A program made the translations under genes and the position numbers. The notes under the pieces were generated by a model. The model saw only the letters and a list, made by a program, of their open reading frames with translations. It was not told the DNA's origin and made no database searches. Below, one piece after another: positions 1 through 9,600 of a stretch of 42,190 nt of DNA; the stretch's first letter is position 1, and each line of letters begins with the position of its first letter. Source of the stretch: a virus (taxonomy: Duplodnaviria; Caudoviricetes); the IMG/VR virus record IMGVR_UViG_3300017766_002183, positions 1-42,190 of that record; one strand, given 5' to 3'.

Positions 1-123
1 CAAACGCGGCTCGATCCATCAGCCGGTTCTTGGCCTTGCGGATCTGGTCGATGCTCTTGAACTGCGGGGTGAACTTGGCGCGCAGGGAGCCCACTCCGTA
101 GTTGAAGTTCTCACCGCCACGCA
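1..123. repeat. 123-bp terminal direct repeat, left copy (circular assembly overlap)
   Basis: 1-123 (CAAACGCGGC...CCGCCACGCA) is identical to 42068-42190 and lies inside a reading frame that continues across the junction. Confidence 0.95.
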
Positions 124-3100
124 GCTCTTTCTTCAAAATCTTGACGACGTTCTCCAGCGTGTGGGGGACGTACTTGCGGTTGCCGCTGGGCGTGAAGCCT
201 TGAAAAATTCGCTCGTTGGGCTTCAAGCTGCCCAACAGATTCTTGACGTAGCCGCGGAACTCGTCGGTAAGCCCCGCGGCGCGGATCTGCTCGTCCATCG
301 CGTTCTTGGTCTTCCAAGTGTCCACCTTGCCAGACTGCCGTACCTCGTTGCGGTAGGTCTGGATGTCCTGCGCGTAGCCGTTCACGGTCTGGCTCACGCC
401 CCGCTGCTCTGCCCGCTTGCGTGTGTCGTCCACCTCGGCCTTGGCCGCTGCAGCATCGCCGTCGTAGGCCTCGACCAGCATGGCCTCATAGGTAGCCCAT
501 GCCGCGTTAATGAACGCAGGGTCTGCTGCCAGCTCGTGGGTGTGGCGGTTGTCGTCCGCGAAGGGTTGCAGCAGCTCGGGCAGCGGCTTAGGTGCAGTGC
601 GCACCACGGTCGGCTCGATGCCCTTGGAGTCTAGGAACTGCCACATCACTGGCGCCATACGCTCCAGCTCGCGGGCACCGTCGCGCTCTACCTCGCTCCA
701 GTCGATGTATCGCGTATCGGTGGCGTCCTTGCCCGGTTGCAGCAGGGACTCGCCGGCCCGACGCATCGCGGGTGTCAGCTCCAGCGCAATGCTCGGGTAG
801 CGTGGGCTGTAAATGTCCGCACCGAACACCTTGGTCGCTGCGTAACCTTTGGGGTCCACCATCTCGCTGGGTGCCACCAGGGTGATCTCGCCGAAGTTGG
901 TGAGGGGGTGGGCCTTGTTGGTGACGGCCAGCGACGGCACGGCAATGCCGCCCATGCGCACCGCATGGAGCAGGTTCTCGGCTGTCAGATTGTGCTGGGC
1001 TACCAGCTCACCCGCAGCCTCTTGATTCAGGATATTGGCGTCGTTCGGGTCGAAGGTGCCCCGGTTGAATACGCTCTTGATCTGGGTGGGGTTGAAAATT
1101 ACATAGTCGTTGTCCAGTTTGATGCCGTCGAAACCTTCGGCGATCAGTTGGTCGTATGTCTTGTTTTCGTAGTCATCCCAGCCCGCCAAGCGATTGGCCG
1201 ACAGGTAGACCGGCATCACGTCGCCGCTGGCGGCCGCACCCACCTCGCCGCCGTCTAGGGCGGCCTTGTCGGACGTGAACCAAAAAGCTCCATCCATGGT
1301 TTTGTTCTGGTCAAACTTGGTGAAGGCCTTGGCCGTACCGTGATACACCACCAGTGGCTTGCCCTCGGCATCGACCACCTTGGAATCGCCGAACCAGCTT
1401 TTGAACGCATCGCTCTCGGTGGCGAGCTGCCCGCCTTGGTCGTACATCCCACCGGCCACGCTCTCCGACTTGAACCCCAGCTTGTAGGTGTCAGCGAACT
1501 GCCGCACGGTCATGCCACTGCGCGCCGACATGACGGCATAAAAGTTAGCAGTCAGCAGCGCATAGTTCTCGTTCACCTTGGGGGTAAAGCGCTTGATCTC
1601 GTTGAGTTGCTGCAGCACCTCGGCCTGGATCTCGTCGCGGCCGGCCTTGAACTCGTCGTCTTGGGCTTTCTCAGCCAGCACGCGCTCGATCTCGGCGTTC
1701 ACCTGGTCGCCCTTCTCCTGCATGTAGGTCTGGGCTTCGATCCGGCTCATGCCGTTCACGTCGGTGCGGGCGTTGTCGATCAGGGGCTGGGCGAACTCGG
1801 TGCCCACGGTGGCGGCCAGTAGCTCGCCCGTAGGGATTACCAAGTCGCCACTGAACTCGACTTGTTCAAGCTGGGCCGCAATGCTTGGCACGGTTTCGGC
1901 CAGCTTGGCCAGATCCACACCGGCCTCCACCAGCTTGGCACTGTCCACGAATACCTGCGGCACGCCCTCGTCGGCCAGATCCTGCATGTAAGCGGTCAGG
2001 GTTTCGGCGTTGGTGCCCAGCACCTCGGTCGCTGCTGCCGTCTTCTGGATGTCCTCGAAGAGCTTGGCGTGCTGCTCTGCCTGCTGGGCCTGAGCCTCTA
2101 CCGCCCCGCTCTTGTCCATCACGCCACCCACGGCGCGGCTCACCGCCACGTTGCCGCCCACACCCACCGCCGTGGCGATCAGGGTCTGGGCCGCTGCGCT
2201 GGGCCGCTCGGCCAGGTATTCCTTGAACGGCTTTTCAGGGTTCAGGACCGCCCACTCGTTTAAGTCCTGCAGGATGGTCGCCACCTGCTCGCCGGGGATC
2301 TCGCTCTTGAGCTGATGCACCAGCGTCTGGCGCAGGGTGGCATTGTTGGCAATGTCCCCGATCAGCTTGGACATGGGGATCTTCTCGGTGGCGTACTCGA
2401 TCACCGCCTGCGGTACTGCGAACGTGGTGGCGGAAATCGGAGCCATGCCCTTGTCTCGGGCTTGGGTGTAGGAGCTGCCGAAGGTTTCGGACACCATGCC
2501 GGCCAGCGCTGCCGAACCGCCCACAGGGCCCAAGGCCAGCAGGGGCGCGTACTTACCGAAGCCCACAGCGGACTGCACGCCAGCGCTCACGCCACCCTGC
2601 ACAATGCCCGAAGCCGGTGGGCTGTAGTAGTTGCCGATCTCGTTCATGCGCTTGGCTTGGCCCTCGGCACCAGCAGCCAGTCGTCGCAGTGGGTTCTCGG
2701 GCAACACTGTGCCGGCCAGCGGGTCCAGCACGGGCGCTGCCAGTTCGGCACCAGCACGCACCACCCCGTAGATCGATGCGCTGCCCTTGTACCAGCCACC
2801 AGCCAAGTCGCCCGTGAGCGTGTTCTTGGTGTCGGGCGCACTGAATACGTACTTTGCCGCCGCCACGATAGGCTTGAATGCGGCCTCCAGCATGCCGAGG
2901 TTCCCGCTGTCTGCATCCTTTTGGAGCAGTGCAGCGTTCACAGGGGACGCGGCCATGAACTTCGCCGTTTTGGGCGAGTCCTTCACCATGCGATTCCAGT
3001 AGTCTTGATCCAGCTCGGCCTGAAACTCAGGCAGGCGCTGGGCGGCCAGAATGGCGTCCACGCCTGTCTGCTTCTGGATCTGCACACCGCGCGCCACGTC

Positions 3101-3196
3101 CTGCGGGTTGAGCTTGCGCGCCTGCGGTAGCGGGTTCACCGCCACCTCGGGCTCGCCATAGAGGTCGCGCATTACGTTCGGATCGAGTTGGTTCAT
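1..3196 (-). CDS. 5' part of giant internal virion (ejection) polyvalent protein, ~2,598 aa in total; continues at 42067 down to 37467
   Basis: ATG at 3196 overlaps the TGA of the upstream gene (ATGA) and reads MNQLDPNVMRDLYGEPEV. Position 94 equals 42161 and 3196-94 is divisible by 3, so it is in frame with the 1564-aa ORF. Contains FKSWFGDSKVVDAEGKPLVVYHGT. Not in the ORF track because it runs off the end; I translated parts of it, not all. Confidence 0.88.
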   Translation of the reverse strand, partial: MNQLDPNVMRDLYGEPEVAVNPLPQARKLNPQDVARGVQIQKQTGVDAILAAQRLPEFQAELDQDYWNRMVKDSPKTAKFMAASPVNAALLQKDADSGNLGMLEAAFKPIVAAAKYVFSAPDTKNTLTGDLAGGWYKGSASIYGVVRAGAELAAPVLDPLAGTVLPENPLRRLAAGAEGQAKRMNEIGNYYSPPASGIVQGGVSAGVQSAVGFGKYAPLLALGPVGGSAALAGMVSETFGSSYTQARDKGMAPISATTFAVPQAVIEYATEKIPMSKLIGDIANNATLRQTLVHQLKSEIPGEQVATILQDLNEWAVLNPEKPFKEYLAERPSAAAQTLIATAVGVGGNVAVSRAVGGVMDKSGAVEAQAQQAEQHAKLFEDIQKTAAATEVLGTNAETLTAYMQDLADEGVPQVFVDSAKLVEAGVDLAKLAETVPSIAAQLEQVEFSGDLVIPTGELLAATVGTEFAQPLIDNARTDVNGMSRIEAQTYMQEKGDQVNAEIERVLAEKAQDDEFKAGRDEIQAEVLQQLNEIKRFTPKVNENYALLTANFYAVMSARSGMTVRQFADTYKLGFKSESVAGGMYDQGGQLATESDAFKSWFGDSKVVDAEGKPLVVYHGTAKAFTKFDQNKTMDGAFWFTSDKAALDGGEVGAAASGDVMPVYLSANRLAGWDDYENKTYDQLIAEGFDGIKLDNDYVIFNPTQIKSVFNRGTFDPNDANILNQEAAGELVAQHNLTAENLLHAVRMGGIAVPSLAVTNKAHPLTNFGEITLVAPSEMVDPKGYAATKVFGADIYSPRYPSIALELTPAMRRAGESLLQPGKDATDTRYIDWSEVERDGARELERMAPVMWQFLDSKGIEPTVVRTAPKPLPELLQPFADDNRHTHELAADPAFINAAWATYEAMLVEAYDGDAAAAKAEVDDTRKRAEQRGVSQTVNGYAQDIQTYRNEVRQSGKVDTWKTKNAMDEQIRAAGLTDEFRGYVKNLLGSLKPNERIFQGFTPSGNRKYVPHTLENVVKILKKELRGGENFNYGVGSLRAKFTPQFKSIDQIRKAKNRLMDRAAF

Positions 3197-5058
3197 TGTG
3201 GGCGGCTGTTGAAATATTCCAGGATCAGGGCGTCGGTGGGCGTGCCGCCGTTGGCCGTGATGGCGTTGGAGATGCGGGTGCGCATGGTGGGCGGGATCTG
3301 GCGCACTGCGCGCCCGATAGCCACGTCACTCAGTCGGGCCTTGGCACCCGCGGGGTCGAATGCGCCCTCGGTGAAGGGCTGCCCGTAACTGGCGCCGAAG
3401 ATGGTGCTGCGGTACGTCTTGTTGGTGAACAGGGTGTCGATCACGCCCTGCACTTCCACCTTGTCGGCCTTGCCACCGGTCTGGGCTTGGTAGGCCTGCA
3501 GCAGCGGCTCGGCAGCTGCGCGGGCTTGGTTCTTGAGCTCGGCCTGCTTGTCCTTGGGCAGGTCGGTGAACTTGCGCCCACCCACCACCACACCGGCCAG
3601 TCGCATATCCAGATGGTCGTCCGCGCTCACCAGCGTGGCCATCTCGGCCTGCTTTTCGGGTTTCTGTAGGTTCACCCAGATGTCGGCCAGCGCACCGGCC
3701 TGCTGGGCGCTGAGGGAACCCTTGCTGACCGGATCGCGCAGGACGCTGACCATATCGGCCGCCCGGTACTTGGTGGGGTTGCGCACCATGTCCATCTTCA
3801 AGGCGATGAAGTTCAGGGCCTTGTCGGGGCTGGACTCGGCCAGACTGCGGGCACGGCTCTGCGCCTCAAAGCCCTCGCGCCGGATCTCGTCGTTGTGCTG
3901 GTCCACCGCTGCGGCTGCTTTGCGGTACAGCTCGGGGTTCTTGGCAAGGATCGGCTTCACGTACTGCTCGATCTCTTGCTTGGAGATGGGCCGCCCCGCG
4001 GTGATGGCGTTACCGATCAAGCCGTCCACCGGTCCTAGGTAGGCCTTTTCCTCGTTCTTCACCGCGTCGTCGCGCAGCTTGTCCTGGTAGGCCAGCTCGC
4101 TGCGGGCGTACTTCAGATCCTGCGGTTTGCCCTTGAAGGCCTCGGCCAGTTGCCGGTCGATGTCGCGCAGGTTCCAGTCGTTGCCTGCCGCGACCATCAG
4201 CTCCTGCACCTTGCCGGTGCCGCGCTGCTCGGCTGCTGCAGTGCCCACTGCGTCCTGAAACTGCACCTTGGCCTGCAGCGTCATTTCTGCGCTGTGCCGG
4301 TTGTAGTAGTCCTCGGCACGGCTCGGGTCGTTCTTAATGAAGCCGGTCAGCACGGCCGCATGCAAGGGCGACAGCATTTTCGCCCGCATGCCCTCGATCA
4401 TGTCCTTGTCTTTGCCGGCGTCCAGCCCGTTGCGCTCGATGGTCTTGGCGATCACGCCGTCCACCTTGGCCCGGGAGATAGCCACCTCGTTGGCGTCACC
4501 GTAGAGCATGCCGGCCGTGCGATACGCACCGTTCAGTGTCTCGTTGTCGGTGTCCTGGTCAAACTGCTTTTGTTGCTGGATGACGTGGCCACCGAGCTGG
4601 GTGCGGTAGTGGTTGGTGAGCTGGCCGGTGTACTGAGTGAACGCCTGCTTTTGGCGGGTGTTGCCCAGCGACTCCAGAATCTTCTGGGATGCCTTGTCCA
4701 GCTCTTCGGCTTCCTCGTCCATTAGGCTCTTGCCGTCGGGGCGCTCCAGCGCTGCCCGCCCGGTGAGGGTCAGGGCCTTAAGTTGCCGGTCGGTCTTGAT
4801 CCGGTCGAGCTGGTTGCGAGCGTCCGAGATCCGCAGATCGTCGGCCTTTTGCTGCTCTTCCAAAGCAATCCGCGCCACCGCACCGCCTGCGTTCTGCAAG
4901 GCTTGGCCGGTCTGGTTGAGCTGGTCGGCACCAACGGCACCGGCTTGAGGGCCGCTCGGGCCTTGCAGCAGCTGCGGGCCGCGCGAGCCACTGAGCATAG
5001 TGCCCGGCCCTGCGGATACGCTGGTCTGTAGGTTGTTGTAAACGGGGACGGTGGCCAT
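3193..5058 (-). CDS. internal virion (ejection) protein, 621 aa
   Basis: Long helical Ala/Gln-rich ORF between the small and giant internal virion proteins, the usual podovirus order. Confidence 0.7.
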   Translation of the reverse strand: MATVPVYNNLQTSVSAGPGTMLSGSRGPQLLQGPSGPQAGAVGADQLNQTGQALQNAGGAVARIALEEQQKADDLRISDARNQLDRIKTDRQLKALTLTGRAALERPDGKSLMDEEAEELDKASQKILESLGNTRQKQAFTQYTGQLTNHYRTQLGGHVIQQQKQFDQDTDNETLNGAYRTAGMLYGDANEVAISRAKVDGVIAKTIERNGLDAGKDKDMIEGMRAKMLSPLHAAVLTGFIKNDPSRAEDYYNRHSAEMTLQAKVQFQDAVGTAAAEQRGTGKVQELMVAAGNDWNLRDIDRQLAEAFKGKPQDLKYARSELAYQDKLRDDAVKNEEKAYLGPVDGLIGNAITAGRPISKQEIEQYVKPILAKNPELYRKAAAAVDQHNDEIRREGFEAQSRARSLAESSPDKALNFIALKMDMVRNPTKYRAADMVSVLRDPVSKGSLSAQQAGALADIWVNLQKPEKQAEMATLVSADDHLDMRLAGVVVGGRKFTDLPKDKQAELKNQARAAAEPLLQAYQAQTGGKADKVEVQGVIDTLFTNKTYRSTIFGASYGQPFTEGAFDPAGAKARLSDVAIGRAVRQIPPTMRTRISNAITANGGTPTDALILEYFNSRPQ

Positions 5059-5061
5059 GCC

Positions 5062-5679
5062 TTAGCCCCCCTTCATCTTGTACCAGCTCGCCGCCACTTG
5101 GCCGGCGCCACCCATCAGCGAGGTGAAGGCCGAAGTTTCAGGGCTGATCGCACTGGATGCGGAGCGGCTGGTGCGCGCTTGGTTGTTCAGGTTGGTGATG
5201 CTGGTCTTGGCGTTGGCGTCGTCGATCAGGGCCTGCGCTTTCACGTTGCTGGCTTGGGTGCGGTAGCCCCACGCACTCATGACGGCATTGGCTGCGATGG
5301 TGCTGGCGTCGATCTCACCCATCACGTCGGTGGTGGTCTGGATGTTCTCGGCACTGCCCGCACCCAGATCCACACCGTTCGCGGCAAGGGTTGCGCGCTG
5401 CTTGCCCTTCAAATTGGCCGTGGCGATTCGCGCCTTTTGCTCTTCGCGCTGGCCGGTCAGCAAGGTGCCCTGCGCCTGTTTCTCCAGCGTGCGGGCGTTG
5501 ATCTCGGCAATGGTGCGGTTGGCGTCAGCACTTGACGCCACCATGCGGGCATTGATGTCAGCCGTGTCGGCTTGCCCTTCAAGCGTGAGTTTGCTGGACT
5601 GCGCGCCAAAGTACGCGCCCAGCGCGGAGCTGGCCACGCCTGCGCCTTGCAGTCCCATTGCGGTGTTCTGGTTGCACAT
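5062..5679 (-). CDS. small internal virion protein
   Basis: MC start followed by a Gly/Ala-rich segment and the QRATLAANGVDLGAGSA motif typical of podoviral core proteins; synteny. Confidence 0.75.
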   Translation of the reverse strand: MCNQNTAMGLQGAGVASSALGAYFGAQSSKLTLEGQADTADINARMVASSADANRTIAEINARTLEKQAQGTLLTGQREEQKARIATANLKGKQRATLAANGVDLGAGSAENIQTTTDVMGEIDASTIAANAVMSAWGYRTQASNVKAQALIDDANAKTSITNLNNQARTSRSASSAISPETSAFTSLMGGAGQVAASWYKMKGG

Positions 5680-5706
5680 CTAAAAGCGCCCTGTGAGTAG
5701 GTGCCT

Positions 5707-5739
5707 AGAGTGCAACGGATGGCTTAGGCTACGCGCACC
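5707..5739 (-). promoter_or_regulatory. putative late promoter GGTGCGCGTA-N17-CACTCT
   Basis: One of four identical 10-mers upstream of late genes, each with a -10-like hexamer exactly 17 nt downstream. Confidence 0.7.
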
Positions 5740-6187
5740 GCTTTATGAGTGAGTGCCCGCTGGGCAGATACCCCAGCCGCTCGTAGAACTGAGCTGTGCG
5801 GTCAGCATGTACCTCGGTGGATACGCCCAGCACAATATCGGCCGCACCCTTCTCGACGGCCCACGCCTCAAAGTGCCGGATCAGCTTCACCGCTGCGCTG
5901 CCGCCACGGGCGTCTGGCGCCACGTACACCACCAGTTCGCTGGCCGTGATGTCGTCAGAAAAGAAGTGCCGGCTGGCGAGACCCAGCAGCATGCCGACGA
6001 TCAGCCCGTCCTGCTCGGCCACCAGCACCAGCCCCTGCGGCGATGTAGACAGCCCGGCCAGCAGCTCATGGCAGCGCTCGGGCGAGTAGCCCAGTCGGGC
6101 GAAGCGCGGGCTTTCGTCCCGCATCTCTCGACCCATGGCGATCAGCGTGGGGAAGTCGGCCCCCACTGCCCTGCGCACTTTAGCCAC
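5729..6187 (-). CDS. GNAT-family acetyltransferase in the virion module
   Basis: VYVAPDARGGSAAVKLI acetyl-CoA-binding motif A and C-terminal FYERLGY. Confidence 0.85.
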   Translation of the reverse strand: MAKVRRAVGADFPTLIAMGREMRDESPRFARLGYSPERCHELLAGLSTSPQGLVLVAEQDGLIVGMLLGLASRHFFSDDITASELVVYVAPDARGGSAAVKLIRHFEAWAVEKGAADIVLGVSTEVHADRTAQFYERLGYLPSGHSLIKRCA

Positions 6188-8219
6188 CGAGCTGCACCTC
6201 TACCGTCATGCTCACCAGGGTGAGCGGCAGGGGGTTGTCTTGGCGCACGTAGATCTGGCCGCTCTGCTGCCAGCTCGGCTCCAGCACGATCTCGATCTCG
6301 TCCGTCACCAGTGCGGGGGCGGTGCCATACGGCTCTGCCTTTCGCTGTTTGTGCTGCACCAGCCGGTCGGCAGATGGCCCTGCGGACACCCCGCTGGACT
6401 TGTAGACGCGCAGCCATACCTTGTTCACGTTCTTGGCGCGGCCCTGCGCCATGCCCGCGTCCACTTGCGCGGCCAGCGGCAGGGTTTGCAGCTCGGCAAT
6501 GATGGGCAGGCCCACCTGTACCTTCGAGCAAGGAGCCTCCAGCGTGATGCTGCCGCCCACCACGGTCTTGGGGGTCATCACCGCGCCGTCGCCTAACACG
6601 CTTACCGTCTTGCCCTCCAGCCAGTTCAGGCCGCTGATGCTGGTGGTGGGCGCACCGGAGTACGTCGCCCCGCTGTCCACGAAAAACGCATCGGCTGCCG
6701 TGGCGAACTGGCGCGAGGCCATGCGCTCCACGTAGCGGGTCTGCGATCCGTTCACCGTGCGGTTGACCACCACATAGAGCACGTCCTCGGCACCCTCGGC
6801 CACCACACAACAGGACTCAAACGTGCCGTCAGTGTCGTGCTGGTGGATGGCGCCCACTTGCTGCTCGGGCACGTAGGTGACGCCGATCAGCTTGCCGTTG
6901 GTGCTCACACCCCACACCAGCGGGATAGGTGCCTTGGAATAAGCCAGATCCACAATGTCCAAGTTGTCGAACAGGTGGGGGCTGCGCAGGGACAAGTCGC
7001 CACTGACGTAACCGCCCGCGTTGTTGTTGAATGCCATCTCGCGCAAGTGGCCACCGCGCGCTGAGACATAAATGATGTTGTTGTTGACGATCAGCGGCTG
7101 GGCGTTGTTGGCGCCGATGTAGCTTTGAGGCTTGACGCTGATGGACTCGGGGGTGATGGCGTCACTGTTGATGGAGGTGACGCGCCACTCAGCAGAGCCA
7201 GTGAGAAGCACCAGATTCTGCAGCGGAACAATGTGCCGGATCGTATTGGCCTCACGCGCGGCCACGCGGATATTGATGCTGTCATCGTCGCGGGTCGGGA
7301 TGGAATAGGTCAAGTTGGACTCAGTGCCTGAGCGGGTCATGCGCAGGTTCTGGGGCTCGTCGATCGATCCCGCAAAGCACCGGCGCTGCTCAAAGTAAGA
7401 CACCGCGCCGGGGTACTTGCCGGCCGCGTTGAATGGGTTGTTCACCACCGGGGGCGTCTTGCCCAGATTGGCCGTGATGTTGTCATCGACAAAGCTCAGG
7501 CCGTCGGTCTGGCCGATGTAACCGTACAGCCCGTTGCTCTGCTTGTAGACGTTGTACCGGGTGGCGCCCGTCGCCGCCCACGCGATGGCGTTGGAGTTGC
7601 CAGTGGTCAGTAGGTTGTTTGTGACGGTCGCGGACGGGGATGCCGCGGACTCTTCTAGGCCAGTAGTGCCCACGCTAGTGACCACGTACCGGTAGATGGT
7701 GGTGCCTGTACCGGTAGGCGTCACGGTGGGTGCGGCGGGGATGGCCAGGCTGGACACAAACCCGATGCTGGTCAGGTTCCAGCTCAAGGCACCGGCCCGT
7801 CGGAGCTCGCGCGGGGCATATCCCGGATGGCAGATGGTGAGCACGTCCGCGCTCTGCACATAGTGCAGGTCGAACAGGTCGGCCTCCAAGTATGGCGTGG
7901 CCACCTCGTAGGGCACACCGGGGCTGCTCTCCAGCGTAGCGCCCTGCGTGTGGAATCGCACGTATTGGTCGCCAAACTCCAGCACCATGGTCTGCGTGGT
8001 GCTGAATGTGAAGGGGATCAGCCGGGTCTTTTTGCCGGGCGTCTTGACGGTGCGCACGTAGGCGAAGCCCGGGCGGTTGGCCGCTGGGCCGTGGGGCAGC
8101 GCGATCATGTTGCGCATCAAAGCCACACCGCTCTGAAACTTGGCGTCGGCGATCTGCCCCCAGAACTCAGGGGTGACCTCACCGCCCGAGAACGACGTGG
8201 TGATCTTGCGGGTGCTCAT
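6180..8219 (-). CDS. tail tubular protein B (nozzle)
   Basis: N-terminal SFSGGEVTP, QSADVLTICHP and YPGAVSYFEQR motifs; size and synteny. Confidence 0.88.
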   Translation of the reverse strand: MSTRKITTSFSGGEVTPEFWGQIADAKFQSGVALMRNMIALPHGPAANRPGFAYVRTVKTPGKKTRLIPFTFSTTQTMVLEFGDQYVRFHTQGATLESSPGVPYEVATPYLEADLFDLHYVQSADVLTICHPGYAPRELRRAGALSWNLTSIGFVSSLAIPAAPTVTPTGTGTTIYRYVVTSVGTTGLEESAASPSATVTNNLLTTGNSNAIAWAATGATRYNVYKQSNGLYGYIGQTDGLSFVDDNITANLGKTPPVVNNPFNAAGKYPGAVSYFEQRRCFAGSIDEPQNLRMTRSGTESNLTYSIPTRDDDSINIRVAAREANTIRHIVPLQNLVLLTGSAEWRVTSINSDAITPESISVKPQSYIGANNAQPLIVNNNIIYVSARGGHLREMAFNNNAGGYVSGDLSLRSPHLFDNLDIVDLAYSKAPIPLVWGVSTNGKLIGVTYVPEQQVGAIHQHDTDGTFESCCVVAEGAEDVLYVVVNRTVNGSQTRYVERMASRQFATAADAFFVDSGATYSGAPTTSISGLNWLEGKTVSVLGDGAVMTPKTVVGGSITLEAPCSKVQVGLPIIAELQTLPLAAQVDAGMAQGRAKNVNKVWLRVYKSSGVSAGPSADRLVQHKQRKAEPYGTAPALVTDEIEIVLEPSWQQSGQIYVRQDNPLPLTLVSMTVEVQLGG

Positions 8220-8860
8220 CGTGCAGCCACCCAGCCCACGGTTTGCACCGGCTGCACATTGCGGTCAGAGGCATCCGACCCTGTGGCTTTCGGCATCCAG
8301 ACGGTGAGCAGTTCCTGCTTGGCGGCCTTGGATTCGTTGCGCCCTTCGGATCCCTTGAGCACCGGGCCGGCAAGCATGGAGCGCAGTAGGCAGGTCAAGG
8401 CCAGCACGAAGAGGGGCGTGAACTTGGTGGTGTCGGTCACCAGCGTGGTGTAGCGGGCCACGGCATTGGCTTGGTTGGTCAGCACAATGGCGTTGCCGTT
8501 GGCATCCACCTCACGCACGTATTGCTGCGGGGTGTACATCCCGGTGTTGCTTGATGCGCTGCCGGTGCTGTAGTCGTCAGTGGCTGCAGGGTCCAGCACC
8601 GCAATGATGTTTAAGGTGCCAGACGGTAATGCGTAGGCGTGCTGCCAAGTGGTCGAAGGGTTTGCCACTGCGGTCAGCGCGGCCCGTTTGGTGCTGAACG
8701 ACCAGGCGTGCAGCTCTTGCAATGCGGCCAGCGCTATCGGGTAAAACCGTGCGCAGTGCTCGGCTTGGGCCGATCCTTCAGGCGGGGAAATGCTTGCCAC
8801 CGTGGCAGAGTCGCCTAAGTCGGCCAGTGCGAGATTGCAAATTTCAACGGCAGAAGGCAC
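8216..8860 (-). CDS. tail tubular protein A (adaptor)
   Basis: VEICNLALADLG...HAWSFS...YALP motifs; precedes tube B with an ATGA overlap. Confidence 0.85.
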   Translation of the reverse strand: MPSAVEICNLALADLGDSATVASISPPEGSAQAEHCARFYPIALAALQELHAWSFSTKRAALTAVANPSTTWQHAYALPSGTLNIIAVLDPAATDDYSTGSASSNTGMYTPQQYVREVDANGNAIVLTNQANAVARYTTLVTDTTKFTPLFVLALTCLLRSMLAGPVLKGSEGRNESKAAKQELLTVWMPKATGSDASDRNVQPVQTVGWVAAR

Positions 8861-8871
8861 GGGGTGCTCCT

Positions 8872-8907
8872 AAAAAGAAGGGGGCCGCAGTCACCCGTGG
8901 CCCCCTT
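8872..8907 (-). terminator. intrinsic terminator after capsid genes
   Basis: AAGGGGGCC/GGCCCCCTT stem followed by CTTTTT on the minus strand. Confidence 0.75.
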
Positions 8908-8928
8908 AAGTCGCTTCTGGCAACTGGA

Positions 8929-9105
8929 TCAGGTCAAAGACTCGTCGGGCTTGGTGTCAGCCTTGCCCTTGCCTTTCGGCTCAGGCTTGGCCTGCTCGAC
9001 AGGCTCAAACCAAGAGGCTTTGCCCGTGCCGTCTGGCACTTCGAATGTTTCGCCGGCTTCGCGGAGCTTGCCGAAATAGCCGGGTTTGGTGGCGGTCACT
9101 TTCAT
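8929..9105 (-). CDS. small head-module protein, 58 aa (not in ORF track)
   Basis: MKVTATKPGYFGKLREAGETFEVPDG...ESLT*; GAGGTG RBS upstream; fills the gap between cement gene and terminator. Confidence 0.75.
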   Translation of the reverse strand: MKVTATKPGYFGKLREAGETFEVPDGTGKASWFEPVEQAKPEPKGKGKADTKPDESLT

Positions 9106-9118
9106 GGAGTCACCTCAC

Positions 9119-9541
9119 TTAAACGATCTTGGCGCTGTCAGGGTAGGCCGTGTTTTGCTGGATGCCAGCCACCACTTGCGCGGAGAACTTGCCAGCGGTC
9201 AGTGGCCCGGCGCCCACGGTGTAGTTCACACGCACGTAGCGACGGTGACGGGTAGGCATGGGGATCACAAACTGCGCGCCCGCAACCAGTGCGGCCTTGC
9301 CGATGGCGGCCGTAGCAGCCACGTCGGCGAAGGTGCTGTTATCAGCAGAGTCCTGCACGGAGAACGTGACCGTGGCAGCGCCGGCCGCGAGGGCTGTTTC
9401 TGCGACGTTGATCACCATGTTGGCGTGGTCGGTCAAGCCGGTGTTGGGGTTGGCTTGGCCGAAGTCGATGTTGTCATTCGATGCGGCTGTAGCGGTAACG
9501 GCCTGCTTGTCGGAGACTTGGAGAGCTTTGTCGATAATCAT
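9119..9541 (-). CDS. Bbp16-like capsid cement/decoration protein
   Basis: MIIDKALQVSDKQAVTATAAS...RRYVRVNYTV; directly after the capsid gene; start moved to ATG 9541 (AAGGA RBS). Confidence 0.8.
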   Translation of the reverse strand: MIIDKALQVSDKQAVTATAASNDNIDFGQANPNTGLTDHANMVINVAETALAAGAATVTFSVQDSADNSTFADVAATAAIGKAALVAGAQFVIPMPTRHRRYVRVNYTVGAGPLTAGKFSAQVVAGIQQNTAYPDSAKIV

Positions 9542-9600
9542 GATGGTGTCCTTGGGTGTTGGTTGCAACGAGGGGCGATGTCGCCACCGCCCCGTCAGGC

